DNA of 64,000 nucleotides from Dudresnaya verticillata. Lineage: Eukaryota. Below are positions 47,201-58,929 of this stretch, one piece after another. Positions within the stretch are counted from its first letter, which is position 1. Each line of letters starts with the position of its first letter. The notes beneath the pieces are model-generated. The model did no database searches, was not told the origin of the DNA, and saw nothing but the letters and a program-made list of their open reading frames with translations. Location: contig OZ374559.1 of the NCBI GenBank assembly GCA_977862235.1, forward strand, positions 62,001 through 126,000, written 5' to 3'. Position numbers and translations under genes: made by a program.

Positions 47201-48902
47201 AGACTTGTTTCAGCAGCTGCGACAAAAACTGCAAAAGCATCTCGGAAGGGCTGCCTACGATGACTGGGTACGTGAGAAGGGTGATGTCGACAAATGCAAG
47301 TGTCGGTGGGTTGCCATCGAGAACAAGAACAGCAGTGCTGAACAAGACCGTGCCGGGTCAGGCGTTGTGGAACTAGAGAAGTTTATCAAGGAAGCGAGTG
47401 AAGACATTCTTGACGGAAGGGAACGAGTTCCAGTTCGATGGGCTGCCCTCAGGGAAACCATTTTGTCGCACGCCACTGAAAGCCAAAAAGTCGTTCTGGT
47501 AATGACAGAAGTTCAGAGCCATGCTGCCAGACTTCCCGGATTCTCTAGTGACAAGGAGGAGAGAGAAGCAGACGTTGAGAAATGCGTCCAATTCCAGGGT
47601 CAACAAGGGCATATCGTCGAAGTTCAGACGGGCGGGGGATGGTACGTGTTCCCAGATCCGAGCACAATTCTGGACTTTATTCGGCAGGTCACGGGGCCGG
47701 CGGCATTTATGCGAGAACGACTGGGTGAAGAAGAAGCGAAAGAGTTTGAAAAGAAGATACAGACGCTGCGACAGCATGAAGCAGAAAGTTACGAGAACGG
47801 GTTGATCCCACGACAGGGACTGGATGAATTGTGGTGTAAATATCTACCTCCTGTTCGACATGTGATGCTTGACATTCTGTGCCGGTTTGGCATTCTAATG
47901 CGTTTGCACTCTACAGAGACGGAGGGTGATGAGCGGAAGGAGCTAGTCGGGATTCCGTCGTTGCTTCCCAAAGGTTGGGAGGGATTCCAGTGCCCTACGA
48001 AAGAAGGAGAGTGCGAAATTGTTTTGAGAACCATCTTTGACGATGCCATTCCCCCTGGCTTGGAGGGCTACTTTGTAGCATTCCTTCATCGCACTATCGG
48101 AGGAGAGCGAACAAAGCCACCGGAACTTCGCCAAGATGCTGTAATTCTTTCTCTGAAGGGGACTTGCCGCGTTGTTGTTTGCTTCGTTCCTAAGAAAAGA
48201 TGGATTGTGTGGACGATCAGGTGCGATGCCGTCTCAGCAATGAAGGTGGCTCAAGAATGTTTGAAAGCTATGGAAGATTTTTTGACAAGACCTCCGCACG
48301 GAAGCAACGCAGCTCGGAATCATTTTCTAGTTACTGATTGCCCTTCGAGCATCCAGGGGGGTTGCGGTGGCTCTAAAAGTGTGTTGTTGTCAATACCTCA
48401 GACATGGGTTTCGACTGAAGAATGTCAGGCACTCGATGAGGCAGAAGGAAAATGCTATTGCAATCAACTGTGGAACTATGGACAACTGAAGTTACATATT
48501 CTTGAGGGTGTGTCTGACGGATCAAGCCACGATCATTTTGAACTACAAGACTCAGTAACTCCGTATGATGTCTTTATTAGCCACGCAGGCCCGGAAAAGA
48601 TATCTGTTGCCTACCCGCTACGGAATGCATTGAAAGCAATGGGATTGCGATGTTTTTTGGATGAAGAGAGTTTGAAGGTTTCGGAACGTACAAACGAAGA
48701 GCAAATTCGAGCGGCAATTCGCGGCAGTAAGGCTGCCGCTTTCATTCTTTCTCCGTCGTTTGTGGCTCGCAAGTGGCCGATGTTGGAACTGTCAGAATTT
48801 CTCGAGCGGAAGCAGGGACCACAGTCACCTGTACTATTCCCGCTTTTCTACCAACTCCAGGTGGAAGACTGCAAGAACAAGCAGCTTCCGTATGACGAAT
48901 GA
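44256..48902 (+). CDS. Sel1-repeat - Roc GTPase - COR - TIR protein (Roco, NLR-like architecture)
   Basis: Sel1 array; Roc G1 GGAARGKTS, G3 WDLGGQ and G4-like VGTRK; COR-like VPVRW, VFPDP, IPSLLP and IPPGL; TIR YDVFISHAG...FLDE...LSPSF...WPMLEL. ATG at 44256. Confidence 0.9.
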   Translation: MDATPQRLALRQAIDDNADGDDMVALAFAYWDASDGGPVLPSRAVALLERAIDEGDHDEARHGLALLLKEGAAGVPKDERRAAELVERANARDPHGVSLYNLGQCLCFGLGHFVKDTKRAAALYERAVAEFANVDAMVNLGNLLRNGDGVAKDAPRAAALYERAVAEFANVGAMVNLGNLLRNGDGVAKDAPRAAALYERAVVEFANVVAMVNLGVLLQRGDGVAKDAPRAAALFERAVAEFANVTAMVNLGNLLRNGDGVAKDAPRAAALYERAVAEFANVDAMVNLGNLLRNGDGVAKDAPRAAALYERAVAEFANVDAMVNLGNLLRNGDGVAKDAPRAAALYERAVAEFANVVAMVNLGVLLATGDGVAKDAPRAAALYERAVAEFPNVVAMVNLGNLLRNGDGVAKDAPRAAALYERAVAEFANVVAMVNLGVLLQRGDGVAKDAPRAAALFERAVAEFANVTAMVNLGNLLRNGDGVAKDAPRAAALYERAVAEFANVVAMVNLGNLLRNGDGVAKDAPRAAALYDRAIAEGEDVAAMSNLGRLLLSGEIDVPRDVPRGVELLQRACDSGHERAPIYMVLLGRALLSNHIGDARDPPRAKSLFQRSIELHRTRFALYELATLLARGDVGVARDEQTAAELRQQAAHQLVTPLELKGIGSRSQYLVNHIGDTSTLVENTLRTATAKPRQCFLLVLGGAARGKTSTVRSLRSMPFVATHQPKHFVSLSRTLVVPDGPKLDDDIVDQLAFNSEAFHALMSRSGIPELPTPTERPTSSTASASDAGSFRAGSAFLPTATDASSRPSEESTARFRLKLPTGLNRAPPTKRTVPQSGPPTKRTVPQSGDTLASSHTTAQQPPAPPSIAASQSINSQASPIWEAARQGLMSNGFPEDHRAALVQCWDLGGQAEYLSVPAIFIRRASIFVFVVDLKRFASEVTQEDEVLELCNWMQMAHASSQTPKNVWVILVGTRKAEVESPKDLFQQLRQKLQKHLGRAAYDDWVREKGDVDKCKCRWVAIENKNSSAEQDRAGSGVVELEKFIKEASEDILDGRERVPVRWAALRETILSHATESQKVVLVMTEVQSHAARLPGFSSDKEEREADVEKCVQFQGQQGHIVEVQTGGGWYVFPDPSTILDFIRQVTGPAAFMRERLGEEEAKEFEKKIQTLRQHEAESYENGLIPRQGLDELWCKYLPPVRHVMLDILCRFGILMRLHSTETEGDERKELVGIPSLLPKGWEGFQCPTKEGECEIVLRTIFDDAIPPGLEGYFVAFLHRTIGGERTKPPELRQDAVILSLKGTCRVVVCFVPKKRWIVWTIRCDAVSAMKVAQECLKAMEDFLTRPPHGSNAARNHFLVTDCPSSIQGGCGGSKSVLLSIPQTWVSTEECQALDEAEGKCYCNQLWNYGQLKLHILEGVSDGSSHDHFELQDSVTPYDVFISHAGPEKISVAYPLRNALKAMGLRCFLDEESLKVSERTNEEQIRAAIRGSKAAAFILSPSFVARKWPMLELSEFLERKQGPQSPVLFPLFYQLQVEDCKNKQLPYDE
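44661..45881 (+). repeat. 11 near-identical 111-bp (37-aa) Sel1 coding repeats
   Basis: gcaatggtcaatttgggc recurs every 111 bp from 44661 to 45771. Confidence 0.95.
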
Positions 48903-49929
48903 TTTCGGAGTGTATTTGATAATAATCACTTTTTCGACCACGACCGGCAGAAGAAGGTTCCAGTGACGGAGGTAATGGAGACACTTGCGAAAGTGACAGG
49001 ATATATCGGTGTTCGGAACGATGTCCGTGGAGAGACCCATACTCAGTTTGCAACAAGAGCAGCAGAAAAGTTCTCTCGCGAGTTTGCAAGTTAATACTAA
49101 TAAACATCTTGTACCTCGCGAGTTTGCGAGTTAAGACTATTAAAACCCTGTACGATCAAGATCTGACCGGTAGAACGAGTCGAGTGTGATTAGGTGTGCG
49201 CTTCCTTTGTTGCTTGCTTTACTACCGGTAGTGTGTCTGATTTCTATTTCGTCCTTGTCTATTGACATCGAAGCTCAGCTCGGTGTCCTGTCTATATTTA
49301 CAAGGCTGGTTGTTGAACATTTGAGATTGTACCAAGGTGCAGGCTATACATAGAACCCAGGCGGAGTCAGAAGATGGCTTGAAAGTGCTTACAAAACACT
49401 CTTGTTATTGTTTCCGCGTTAACCCATTATTGCTAATGGCCGTATTGCCTTCCGAAAAGATCTCCCCGTCGACAAACAGCAAAACGGAACACGAATCTCG
49501 TCCTTGCTGCAGCCCGTATGTACCACTTTCAACCGACCTCGCTTCGCGCTCACCTTTTTACATCAACCAGTACCCACGACCACCGCCACAGAGAAGATGG
49601 ACGACACCCCCCTATCGATTGTTTCTTTTACCTCCTTGTCCCAGTATATTTGCTGTGGGGGACTGCCCGCACCCGACACACTAGTAGCTGCTCGTTCACT
49701 TGACAGCGTGCCTTCACCCGGCTGGCCACTTTCACCGAACGCCGCGCCACGGAAAACGCGTGCCGCGACCAGCCGAAAGCGCGATGCCTCACGAACCCCT
49801 GCGCTGGCGATCACCCGTGTGGCTTCTCCTGCTGAATCAGTACGCAGGATTGTCCCCTTGCAAATTGACGCCGTGCTCCACTACGAATGCGACTTTAAGA
49901 GCATCGGCATCCGGGCCTTCTTCATGGCT

Positions 49930-50170
49930 TTCGCCTCGAAGAATCCAGACATTTTTGGCTTTGACGGCTCTCACTTCAGCTTCCAGGGCGAGCAAGTGTG
50001 AACAGCAAGGCAGAGCCTATAAACTGTTTGGACAGGCCGGTGGTGAGACCATGGTCGCTCGCATGCGCGAGACGGGAAATGGCCATCGCATTCGCCAGAC
50101 TTTCTTTAATGCTTTTGGTCTCCAGACTGCCGATGCGTATGGTCTGGAACACATAATTCGCTTCGAGGGC
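49930..50170 (+). pseudogene. Possible VWD/Root-cap-like domain remnant
   Basis: NPDIFGFDGSHFSFQGEQ followed, in another frame, by GRAYKLF resembles DPHF-x-GFDG-x-x-F-x-FQG-x-x-G-x-x-Y-x-L. Confidence 0.35.
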
Positions 50171-51161
50171 GACGACCTCGTCCCAGTGAGTTTGAAAGAT
50201 ACTTCCACGTGAGATGTTTAGACAGTTTCTCGTCTCCTGAGACGCAAAATCCCGTCATATATGCTGTTAGCAGCTCGAAGGGACGAGTGGCGGCACGCAT
50301 GGATCGGTGAGTGGGTGTATCAGTGTGGGTGGCGGCTGTGTGCGGCTATGTACCAAACCGCAACGGAGCTCATGAATTTGCTGGAACGTTCCGACGGGTG
50401 GCAGACGTAACCGTTCACCCTGGGAGCTCTCGCTGCTTCCGTCTCCTCCTACATGGTCCTCTTCGTTCCTCGAAATGTCATTCTGCTGTATTGATACGGG
50501 TTGTGGTTAACAAAAATAGTAGTTGCGATTCATTTGATTCGAGTTGCGGTTATCAAAAGTAGTAGTTGCGATTCACAACACTTAGTAATCAGCATAAAAG
50601 TTGGGCTCTTGTCTTAAACATCTTTTCTACACCCACAAGGTACGTTGTACTTTCACCTCCTGTGGCGCTTGCCTCTTTAGAGATGATTAGCTCTCATCAA
50701 TACTACCCATCCTGAAACAAGCACAGAAACGACATGACAAATATTCACAAGTATTCTAACGCAGTAGAGAAAGGTCTCTCTCTCGCTCCGTAGAGAAGTA
50801 GCGTTTCCTGTATTGTGTTCTGGCAGAAGTCCAACGCGCTTGTTTATCGTTTTTGTCATTACCCGTCACCTTTTCAGGCGCTGGTTATGCCCTTGGTTCA
50901 GCTCAATCGCCAGTATAACAATATTCGCTATCTTCCAGAGAAACTTGACACACCACAAACCGTTGGCACCTGGGAACATTTCCCATCCCGCCACGCTTCC
51001 TGTCCGCCCGCGATTTAGTGCGCAAACGTTCCCGCGCACTCCACGACCTCTCCAAGCCACACCCCTCCAAGCCACACCCCTCCCCGCAGACCCTTGTAGC
51101 CATCTCGCGTGCAATTTTTGCAATCAGGACCCTTTGTGCGCGTGACTTTCCCACCTCCCAT

Positions 51162-51798
51162 ACTGGCGTGGCTTTGCTGTGGCGGTCCTGAGGGTGTTCT
51201 TAACAAGTGTGCTGGTGTCACCGATGTGGTTGACAAGGTATTGCGACCGGCTGCCGATTCCTTTAAGCTCAAGGGGCGTTACCAGTTGATGCGCTGCCTG
51301 TTGATGCAGCTCGGCTGCTGTTTGCTCATCGCGAGCAACACCGACATCTCCGCGGGCAAGCAATGTGGCGAGCTCATAGAGTGCGAAGCGGGTGCGATGG
51401 AGTTCGATTGAGCGTTGGAAGAGGCTCTTCGCGCGCGGCGGATCGCGCGCGTCTCCGATATGATTGGACAAAAGCGCTCGGCCCAACCGAACCATATAAA
51501 TTGGGGCGCTCTCGTGACCGCTGTCGCAGGCGCGTTGGAGCAGTCGGACGCTGCGCGGAACGTCTCGCGGAACATCGATTCCGCCGCTCAGCAGCAATTC
51601 GCCCAAATTGTACATTGCGCCGACATCTTCGCCCTCCGCGATGGCGCGTTCGTACAGCGCAGCGGCGCGCGGAGCGTCTTTGGCGACGCCGTCGCCGTTT
51701 GCGAGGAGATTGCCCAAATTGACCATTGCCTTCACATCCGCAAACTCTGCAACGGCTCGTTCGTACAGCGCAGCGGCGCGCGGAGCGTCTTTGGCGAC
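51162..51798 (-). pseudogene. Inverted partial copy of the Sel1 array end and linker
   Basis: Near-identical to ~45700-46338 in reverse orientation. Confidence 0.9.
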
Positions 51799-52896
51799 CC
51801 AAAAGTCCCACGGCTTGCGGACGTCCGCAATCACCCTCTGGTGGTGAGCATCATGCACCTGCACGCGAGCAATCGCCTTGCTCATCTTCCCCGTCATCTG
51901 CCCCCAGCACCGGTCGAACAACACCGCCAGTCCCATCGCGCTCTGGCACTCTTCCTTCCGTCCCGCATTCAGGTCTACTAGCATCTGCGAAAGCATCGTA
52001 TGCACCATTGCCTCTGTAAACTGCACGTCGTCATCAAACAAGTACTTGAGCCTGTTCACGACCGTGTTCGGCGACGCCAGGGTCGTCATCCGGTTCGTCT
52101 CGCGCTCCCCGAAAAGCTCTGCCATGTTGAACCAGACCCCCACCATTCCTTCCGAGTCAAACAAAAGTTACAACACCCGCTCTCCGTACACGTGCTGCTT
52201 GGGGTGCGGGTCCTTCAGTGTCGTCGGCCGCGTAAACTCGATCGCCGCCTTCCGAAACTCCTGGGACCGGTATTTGGACAGCACCTTCTTATTCCCCAGC
52301 CATACAAAGTTCATCAACACCATCGTCGAGCACGCGTGCCCCATCGCCGCACCCTCCACGCACAGGCAGTTCCACATCCCGTCGCACCCTGCTGCCAAAC
52401 ATTCTAGCGTGTTTGTGGTCTGCAACTCGCACTTTTCGTGGATGTGCGCCAGCAGCTTCCCGTCATTCCAGCTGCACGCATCCATAATCCCGCACACCGC
52501 CCGCATGTACGAGACCATCTCGTCCGATATCACATCCCCGCTAGGGTCTTCGAATACTAGTGCAAACAGACGCTTTTCATTCTGGAGCTTCGAAAGAAAC
52601 TCTACAATCTTCAACAACCGCTCTGGGGTTGCCTCTAGAGCCGTCAGCATGTCACTGAGGTTCAGCACGAACTGTCCTTCCGGGTTGGTGTTCTCGTAAA
52701 CCCAACATCCTGTACAGCAGTAGCTGGCACATATCCTCGTATAACGTAGCTCTGAAGCCCCGGTTTCTATTTCACCCTCGTCATTTCTCATCAAACTTGA
52801 GCTCAATGACTTTTCTAGAGGTCGTCTAAAGAGGTGAAGAAGGGCTGCTGGGATAGGAAGGAAACAGGAGCTGTCGTTTTCCAATTTGCAGAACAC
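51799..52896 (-). pseudogene. Unrelated unknown coding sequence with an in-frame stop, fused in frame to the Sel1 fragment
   Basis: ORFs 52168-52896 and 51124-52164 share a frame and are separated by a TAA. The junction reads PWDFW|VAKDAPRAA. Confidence 0.5.
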
Positions 52897-53114
52897 AAGG
52901 CTGTTGTTGAACGCTTGAGATCGTAGGCGACGGGGCTATTCGAAGAAAAAGATGGGGGTATTAATCGGCCGCCTCTCACGGTCTTGGCAAAAGTGCGTGG
53001 GTCACCGTTCCTGAGCAAAGCGGTAGAAACGTCTACCATACAGCAATGCAGTTATGGTTGCTATAGACTCGTAAAGAGCCTGTGGTACAACAAGCGGTGT
53101 ATACGTACATAAGG

Positions 53115-54064
53115 GCATATGTGCGGCTTTGTGCGCGAGCGAGATCTTATATATCGTTCTGTAGGCGCGTAAAACAACATCAACGGCATTGCACAAACTT
53201 ATTGCACGACGTACGCATATATTGCAGATGTTATTGGGGCATGATGGCTGTTATGTTGCAATACTGTATATATTGCCGAAGGGGAGAGCATTGGTGCAAC
53301 ATATTGCTTATTATCTTTAGTAGTCATTCGTCGTCCAGAGCGATGGCTTTGTGGAGTAGAGAAGTGCAGTTAGTAGAATCTATGCGTTTTGGGATAGGTT
53401 GGAAATGAAACCTATGATCTCCATTAAGGTCTCTTCGCCGCCCAAGAACCCACAGGCAACGTCCTGTACTGACACCAGACATCCACGTACGCATTCGTAC
53501 ACGTTGCCTTGATCTCGTGCTGCCCTCAGAGACTGAAGGATGAACGCGGCCTCTTCCCACTGTACGGACCTAGAACGACTCCCTTCGTATGTGATCTACT
53601 GTAGCACTCTTGGAGTACGTTCTCCTATCGTTCTCCTATCGACTTGAGATAGAACTCTTTCTTCGAATCTATTGCATTTGTGCGAGCAATAACTTGCAAT
53701 TTTAATGCTCCTAAAACGGATAGAAACCCTTACGTTCGCAATTATATCCTGTGACTGCTACCCCATAAGCCCTATTATTGTTTCCGCGTTGCCGACCTTA
53801 GCAAAGCTGGCATTAAAGCAACAGAACCTCTCTAGAGAGGCCAAACAAAAAGGTTATTTTTGGCCTCGTTTGGTTTGTGGATGGGTGGGAATGTTTGAAC
53901 GTCGAATGAGAGAGAGGAGTGAAGCCTTGGGTGGTACGACGTGGTTGTGCTAATACGATTTTGGTCCGCTACCGGATTTTGTAACAGTTTTCCTCCATTT
54001 GTCGGGTTTGGTATGGAGGTTGTGGATAGTCTTCAACAATTATTGCATGAGGAAAGGCTCTCAT
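53115..54064 (+). repeat. ~950-bp segmental duplicate (copy 2, no retrotransposon after it)
   Basis: Matches 37119-38070 up to ggaaaggctctcat. Confidence 0.9.
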
Positions 54065-54964
54065 TTCGTTTCAAACGAGTTGACTGCAAACGAGTTGAGT
54101 ACATACGAGTTGAGTGGAAAGTCGTTGAGTCGCGTTACCAGTTGGCAGCATCCGAAATGACTAAAATACTTCACGACATTACTTACTCGGCTTACGCATC
54201 CAGCTCCTGGTCTATGGAACTGCTTAGTTCTGGGGTCTATGGAACTGCTTATTCAGTTTTGTTCTTCGGGAAGCCAGTATGGCGAGAAATGGCGAACGCA
54301 GGTGGAGCTAACGGTCCCCGAAGACATGTACATTTTGTTACGGCTCATCGCTGTATGGGTGAAAAATACATTAGAATGCTGCGGTAGAAAGAATGCTGAG
54401 AGGTTTTGCAGACATGTTATGACCCTCCTCTACCGAACTCTTAAGGCCGCGGGTGCTCGAAAGCGATACCACCTGCGGGTACTGGCTACTGACAACACCT
54501 ACATCTGCGGAGCGGTGCTACCTCACCGTCGCTACCGACGGTGCCGCTTCTCTCGCCCTGACCGTTCTACTAATGGCTAAGCGGCGGGGCATCAACCAAT
54601 CCCACTAACTGCTCTGCCTGCGTATCGTTCACAGCCTGATAGGCTATATACGGAAGCGTGGCTTGTCGATTTGTGGACCATCACGATCGAGCGAGCGACG
54701 ACGCGGGCGCTAGTCGACACTGCCGGCAGCGGCGGCACAGGGCTGTAGATGAAGCCGGAGACCGGGGTAACCGAGTCTTACGACTGGGGAGGAGTGCGGA
54801 TTTGCGGAAAAGGGATTGCTGGAACAGGACAAAGTCCGGACATATTGGCTGCCAAGCCGGCAGTAGCACCGTGTGTATTCTTGGGCTCGGCGGGTCCGCC
54901 ATCCCCGACGCAAAATGAGTGATGAGATTTCGTACCACCGGTTGTACTGTTCCTCAATTTGCCG

Positions 54965-56296
54965 ATGTTGCTGCGAGACGCAGAAAACGCAGGCGTCGGC
55001 GGGCAGGTTGCTGGTGACGTTTGCTTTGTTGCACAGCGGAGCAAGCGGAAGTCCGATATCGCACTACGATGCAGTTCTGATATGGGATCCATTCCGTTTG
55101 CACTTCGATATCGTTGGCTTGCTCAATTGTGCGCTCAGTTGTGCTCGGATGCAGAACCAAAGGGTTGGGAAGGGTTCTCGTGTGACACAAAGGACGGAGA
55201 GAGTGAACTAATTTTGCGAACAGAGTTTGTTGATACCATTCCGCCAAGTCTGACAGGGTCACTGATCGCGTACCTTCACCGAACCATTGGAAGAGAGCGG
55301 ACAAAACCGCCCGAGCTTCGTCAAGATGCCGTCATCCTGGCCCTTGCGGGAGCATGCAGAGTTGTGGTTCGCTTTATTCCAGAAAAGAGATGGATCGACT
55401 GGACTATAAGGGCGGATGCCGATGAAGCAGTGCAGGTTGCGCACCAGTGTTTGCGGGGCATGGAAAGTTTTTTGAAGGGACCACTGCATGGGACCAATGC
55501 AAGCTGGAAAGACTATCTGATCACAGACTGCCCTAAGGAATTGCGCGGGGGGTGTGGAAGTTCCAGTAGCGTGCAGTTGGGTATCCGTCGGAGTTGGGTA
55601 ACAAGTACGCAGTGCCAGCCACTGGACCGAGCAGAAGGCACTTGCGTTTGCGAGCAGCTTTGGACTTTCAAGCGATTGAAGCTGCACATCCTCAAAGGAG
55701 CAAGTGCGGGCTCAGGTCCGCGTCCTGTTGACGTGCGACTAGCTGCAAGACCTTTCGATGTATTTATCAGCCACGCAGGGAGCGAGAAGGGGTGCCTCGC
55801 CGTGCCGGTAATGAATGCAATGGGCACAAAGGTCAGTTGTTTCTTAGATGAGAAAAGCCTCGAGGTATCCACAAAGACGAATAAGGACCAAATTATGGCT
55901 GCAATTCGAGGGAGCAGAGCTGCAATATTCATACTGTCACCAGAGTTCCTGGCTCGCAAGTGGCCTATGCTAGAGTTGGAAGAATTCTTCAAGCGGATGG
56001 ATGAGGCGGTTGGAAGAGGCGAGAAACCTCCCTTGATTTTCCCGTTGTTCTACAAACTCTCGGTCGAAGAATGTCAGAAGGCGATGGATGTTTTCCATGG
56101 AGAGAATAACGATCTTTTCAGGAGGAGAGGGTTTTTCACGTACGAACGACAGAGTCAATCGCCATCAACGAAAATTGCTGACTTGGCCGGGCGTTTAAGC
56201 TCGTTTGTTGGTATTCGGAATGACCGTGAAGAGTCGAACGAGGATTTTGCTCAACGAGCCGCAATCACACTACTCCAGAAACTAGAAAGTCACTAG
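54965..56296 (+). CDS. 5'-truncated COR(C-terminal)-TIR paralog with a complete TIR
   Basis: Homology to the 44256 gene starts at PKGWEGF (~55157). TIR reads FDVFISHAG...WPMLELEEF...FPLFY...VGIRND. Confidence 0.75.
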   Translation: MLLRDAENAGVGGQVAGDVCFVAQRSKRKSDIALRCSSDMGSIPFALRYRWLAQLCAQLCSDAEPKGWEGFSCDTKDGESELILRTEFVDTIPPSLTGSLIAYLHRTIGRERTKPPELRQDAVILALAGACRVVVRFIPEKRWIDWTIRADADEAVQVAHQCLRGMESFLKGPLHGTNASWKDYLITDCPKELRGGCGSSSSVQLGIRRSWVTSTQCQPLDRAEGTCVCEQLWTFKRLKLHILKGASAGSGPRPVDVRLAARPFDVFISHAGSEKGCLAVPVMNAMGTKVSCFLDEKSLEVSTKTNKDQIMAAIRGSRAAIFILSPEFLARKWPMLELEEFFKRMDEAVGRGEKPPLIFPLFYKLSVEECQKAMDVFHGENNDLFRRRGFFTYERQSQSPSTKIADLAGRLSSFVGIRNDREESNEDFAQRAAITLLQKLESH

Positions 56297-58929
56297 TTGA
56301 GTTTGTCCATAGTATACGTTTGTCGTTGCCGTTTAATATATCTCATCGTTTACTGCCTGCAGCAATCATTATTGCGACGCAGCTCATGACGGCACAATAG
56401 GTATTACATATTCCTTGCGCCGCCTTCTTTTCTCGACGGCCCTCGCCCATCCCTTCGACCTGCTGCTTCTTCCATGACGCACAACGGCGCACGGCCTGTG
56501 CACCGCACCTACTTCATTGATTTTGCGAGACTGGGGAGCTGTGAAGGGCGGCTGGTACGGGAGCATAACACAGAGTGCGTAAGTCACGCCTGGGGCGAAC
56601 GGATGTCCGGTATCGCGACTTGCTGGTGCAGGAAAAGGCCCGGACGCATTGTCTGCGAAGCCGGCAGCAATCCACCGTACGCGGCGGGGTTCGTGTATGG
56701 CAAGCAGAAGACGTGGAAGGGCGATGGGAAGGAGTGGGAGTGAACCGCTTTGCCGTTAGTGCCAGGGCTGTCGGGCTCGTAATTACAATTGCAATTGTTG
56801 TTGCAGTGACATTGTATATTGCAATACCTATTGCCGAAGGGGAGAGAATTGGTGCAACATGCTGCTTATTGCATTTGTGTTTGCGATGTTATTGCCTGCA
56901 GCCCTTGTGGATAGCATCCCGCCGTCACTGAACGTATCGTCATCGTAGTCGATCGACAAGTGATTCGAAGAACGCTTTTTCCGTTACCGGTGCGGCCGGA
57001 GTCCCAAACAGTGCCTGTCGCACGCGGTGTGCTACCCCGTGCGCGAACCCCGGCAGGGGCGGACAGCTCGAACACGCACGGCACGCTGCCTCCCCCGGTG
57101 TCTTCCGGTATTTGCGCGTCGCCGTACTCGACGCAGTAGACGCATCGGAGCGCCACGCGGTCGTCCAAGCTGCAGTTGAACAGCCCCACCCCGCCGCCAC
57201 GGTGAATCCCCGGCGCGTTCTGCGAGCCCGGCGTACCCTCTCCCAGCACCTTGCGTGAGAGGTGCACCGTGCCCCACATCCATCGCCGCGGTGAGGCCAT
57301 CCATGCGGGTGCAGAGCAGCGCAGCGAGACGGATGCCGTGGGCGAGGGAGGCGTGAGCACGGTGCAGGGATACTGCGCGATCGAGGCGGTGAGCGGACAT
57401 GCAAACATTGTGATCCTCGCCTCGTGCCGCCTTGCTTCCTCCCCGCGCTAGCTGGAACTTTGACATTTCCGATGCCTGTCGGTGGAGACATCGGTGTTAG
57501 TGGGCAATATAGCCAAAGGGGGCTCGCTTCTCCCGATACGCAACGATACGAGGCAGTAGATGGGGGACCGCTTGTATGTTTCGTCTGCTGTGGCCAACTG
57601 CGACACCAGGTATGCACAACTGTTCACAATCCGCGCAATACCGACGGCGTTGGTTCAGCGGACGTCCGTAGATGTCCAGTACGCACATTGTCAAACAGCG
57701 TATGCAACACCTGGAGCGAATAACATAGTGCCGCGGGCTGGGGCGCGATGGTGTGCGAGTGCACCACAGCGAGCAAGTCTTGCTACCAAGGACAACGGAC
57801 AACAAGGGGTGTGAGTGTACAATGGGAGCGAGGGGGGCGATTCGCCGGGTGGTTGCAGCGAGCGGAGTGGCGGTAGGCGTGGTCGGGATGTCTGGCGCGG
57901 CAGCGGGTGTGACGGCGAGACTGCGCAACACGGGCAGAGTTGAGCGCAGCTCGAGGTGGTTTGGTGGGCACGAAATGCTGGCGGTTGCGGTGGATGATGG
58001 ATGGGATTGCGTGACTGAGTTCAGCTGTACGATGACGACGTTTGGGTGTGGCCAAAAGATCCCACAGTGAGCCAATCCGCACAAGCGCCAAATACACGTG
58101 CATCGCGCTGCGATGAACGAAGGCTCGCGACTCTGTTGTAAGGGCCGTAGCGATGACGTCGGTTTGAGCGTTCTGACTCTCCTGCTGTGTTGCGTACGGG
58201 GCGGGGCGCAATACTGCTTTTTGGGGTGAGAGGGCGGGGTGCCTTCACTGAGCGAAACATAGTAAGTGCTTCAGCCAAAGAATATTGTTACCGAACTACG
58301 TACCTCCACCAACACAGCTACAACCATCAATTAAAGAGCACCACTACTGCCAAAACGGTATCGACATGGAGTAAGGGGCTGACGCGTTGGAGATGCGATT
58401 GGAGATTGGAATGCTTTTTTAGACACTTTTGTGGGTCTGCTTTGCTGCCGCGGCGGAGGGGAGGGACGAGGTATCATTGTCCTGCTGCGCACCGCCAGTT
58501 CTGTGGATGTGATGTGCTGTGCGTCCGCGGGGGGCGAGCGTGGTGCAGCGCGTGATGTAGCGATGTGTCGGCAGAATGCTGCAGCGGCGGCGGCGCGAGG
58601 TGACGATGGGACTGTGATCGATGGGCGCCGCGGATGATTGTCGGATGGCGGCGCGTGCGGAGCGCGCGCAAGCGCCAAATACACTACACGTGCACTGTGC
58701 TCTGACGTGACAACGCGCCTTTCGACTTTTACAACATCCGCTCCAAACAGCTCCGCCGCGCGGCACACCGCCGCCCACGCCGCGCTGCAACACCTCCCGC
58801 CGTCCCACTCGCAACTTTCATCGCGGCATAAATAGCGCCGTGCGCTTGTCGCACTCGCTCCCGACACACACACCCCAACCATCCCATCTCCAACCGTCTC
58901 CACCCGCTCGACCGCCCGCTCCTGCCGAC

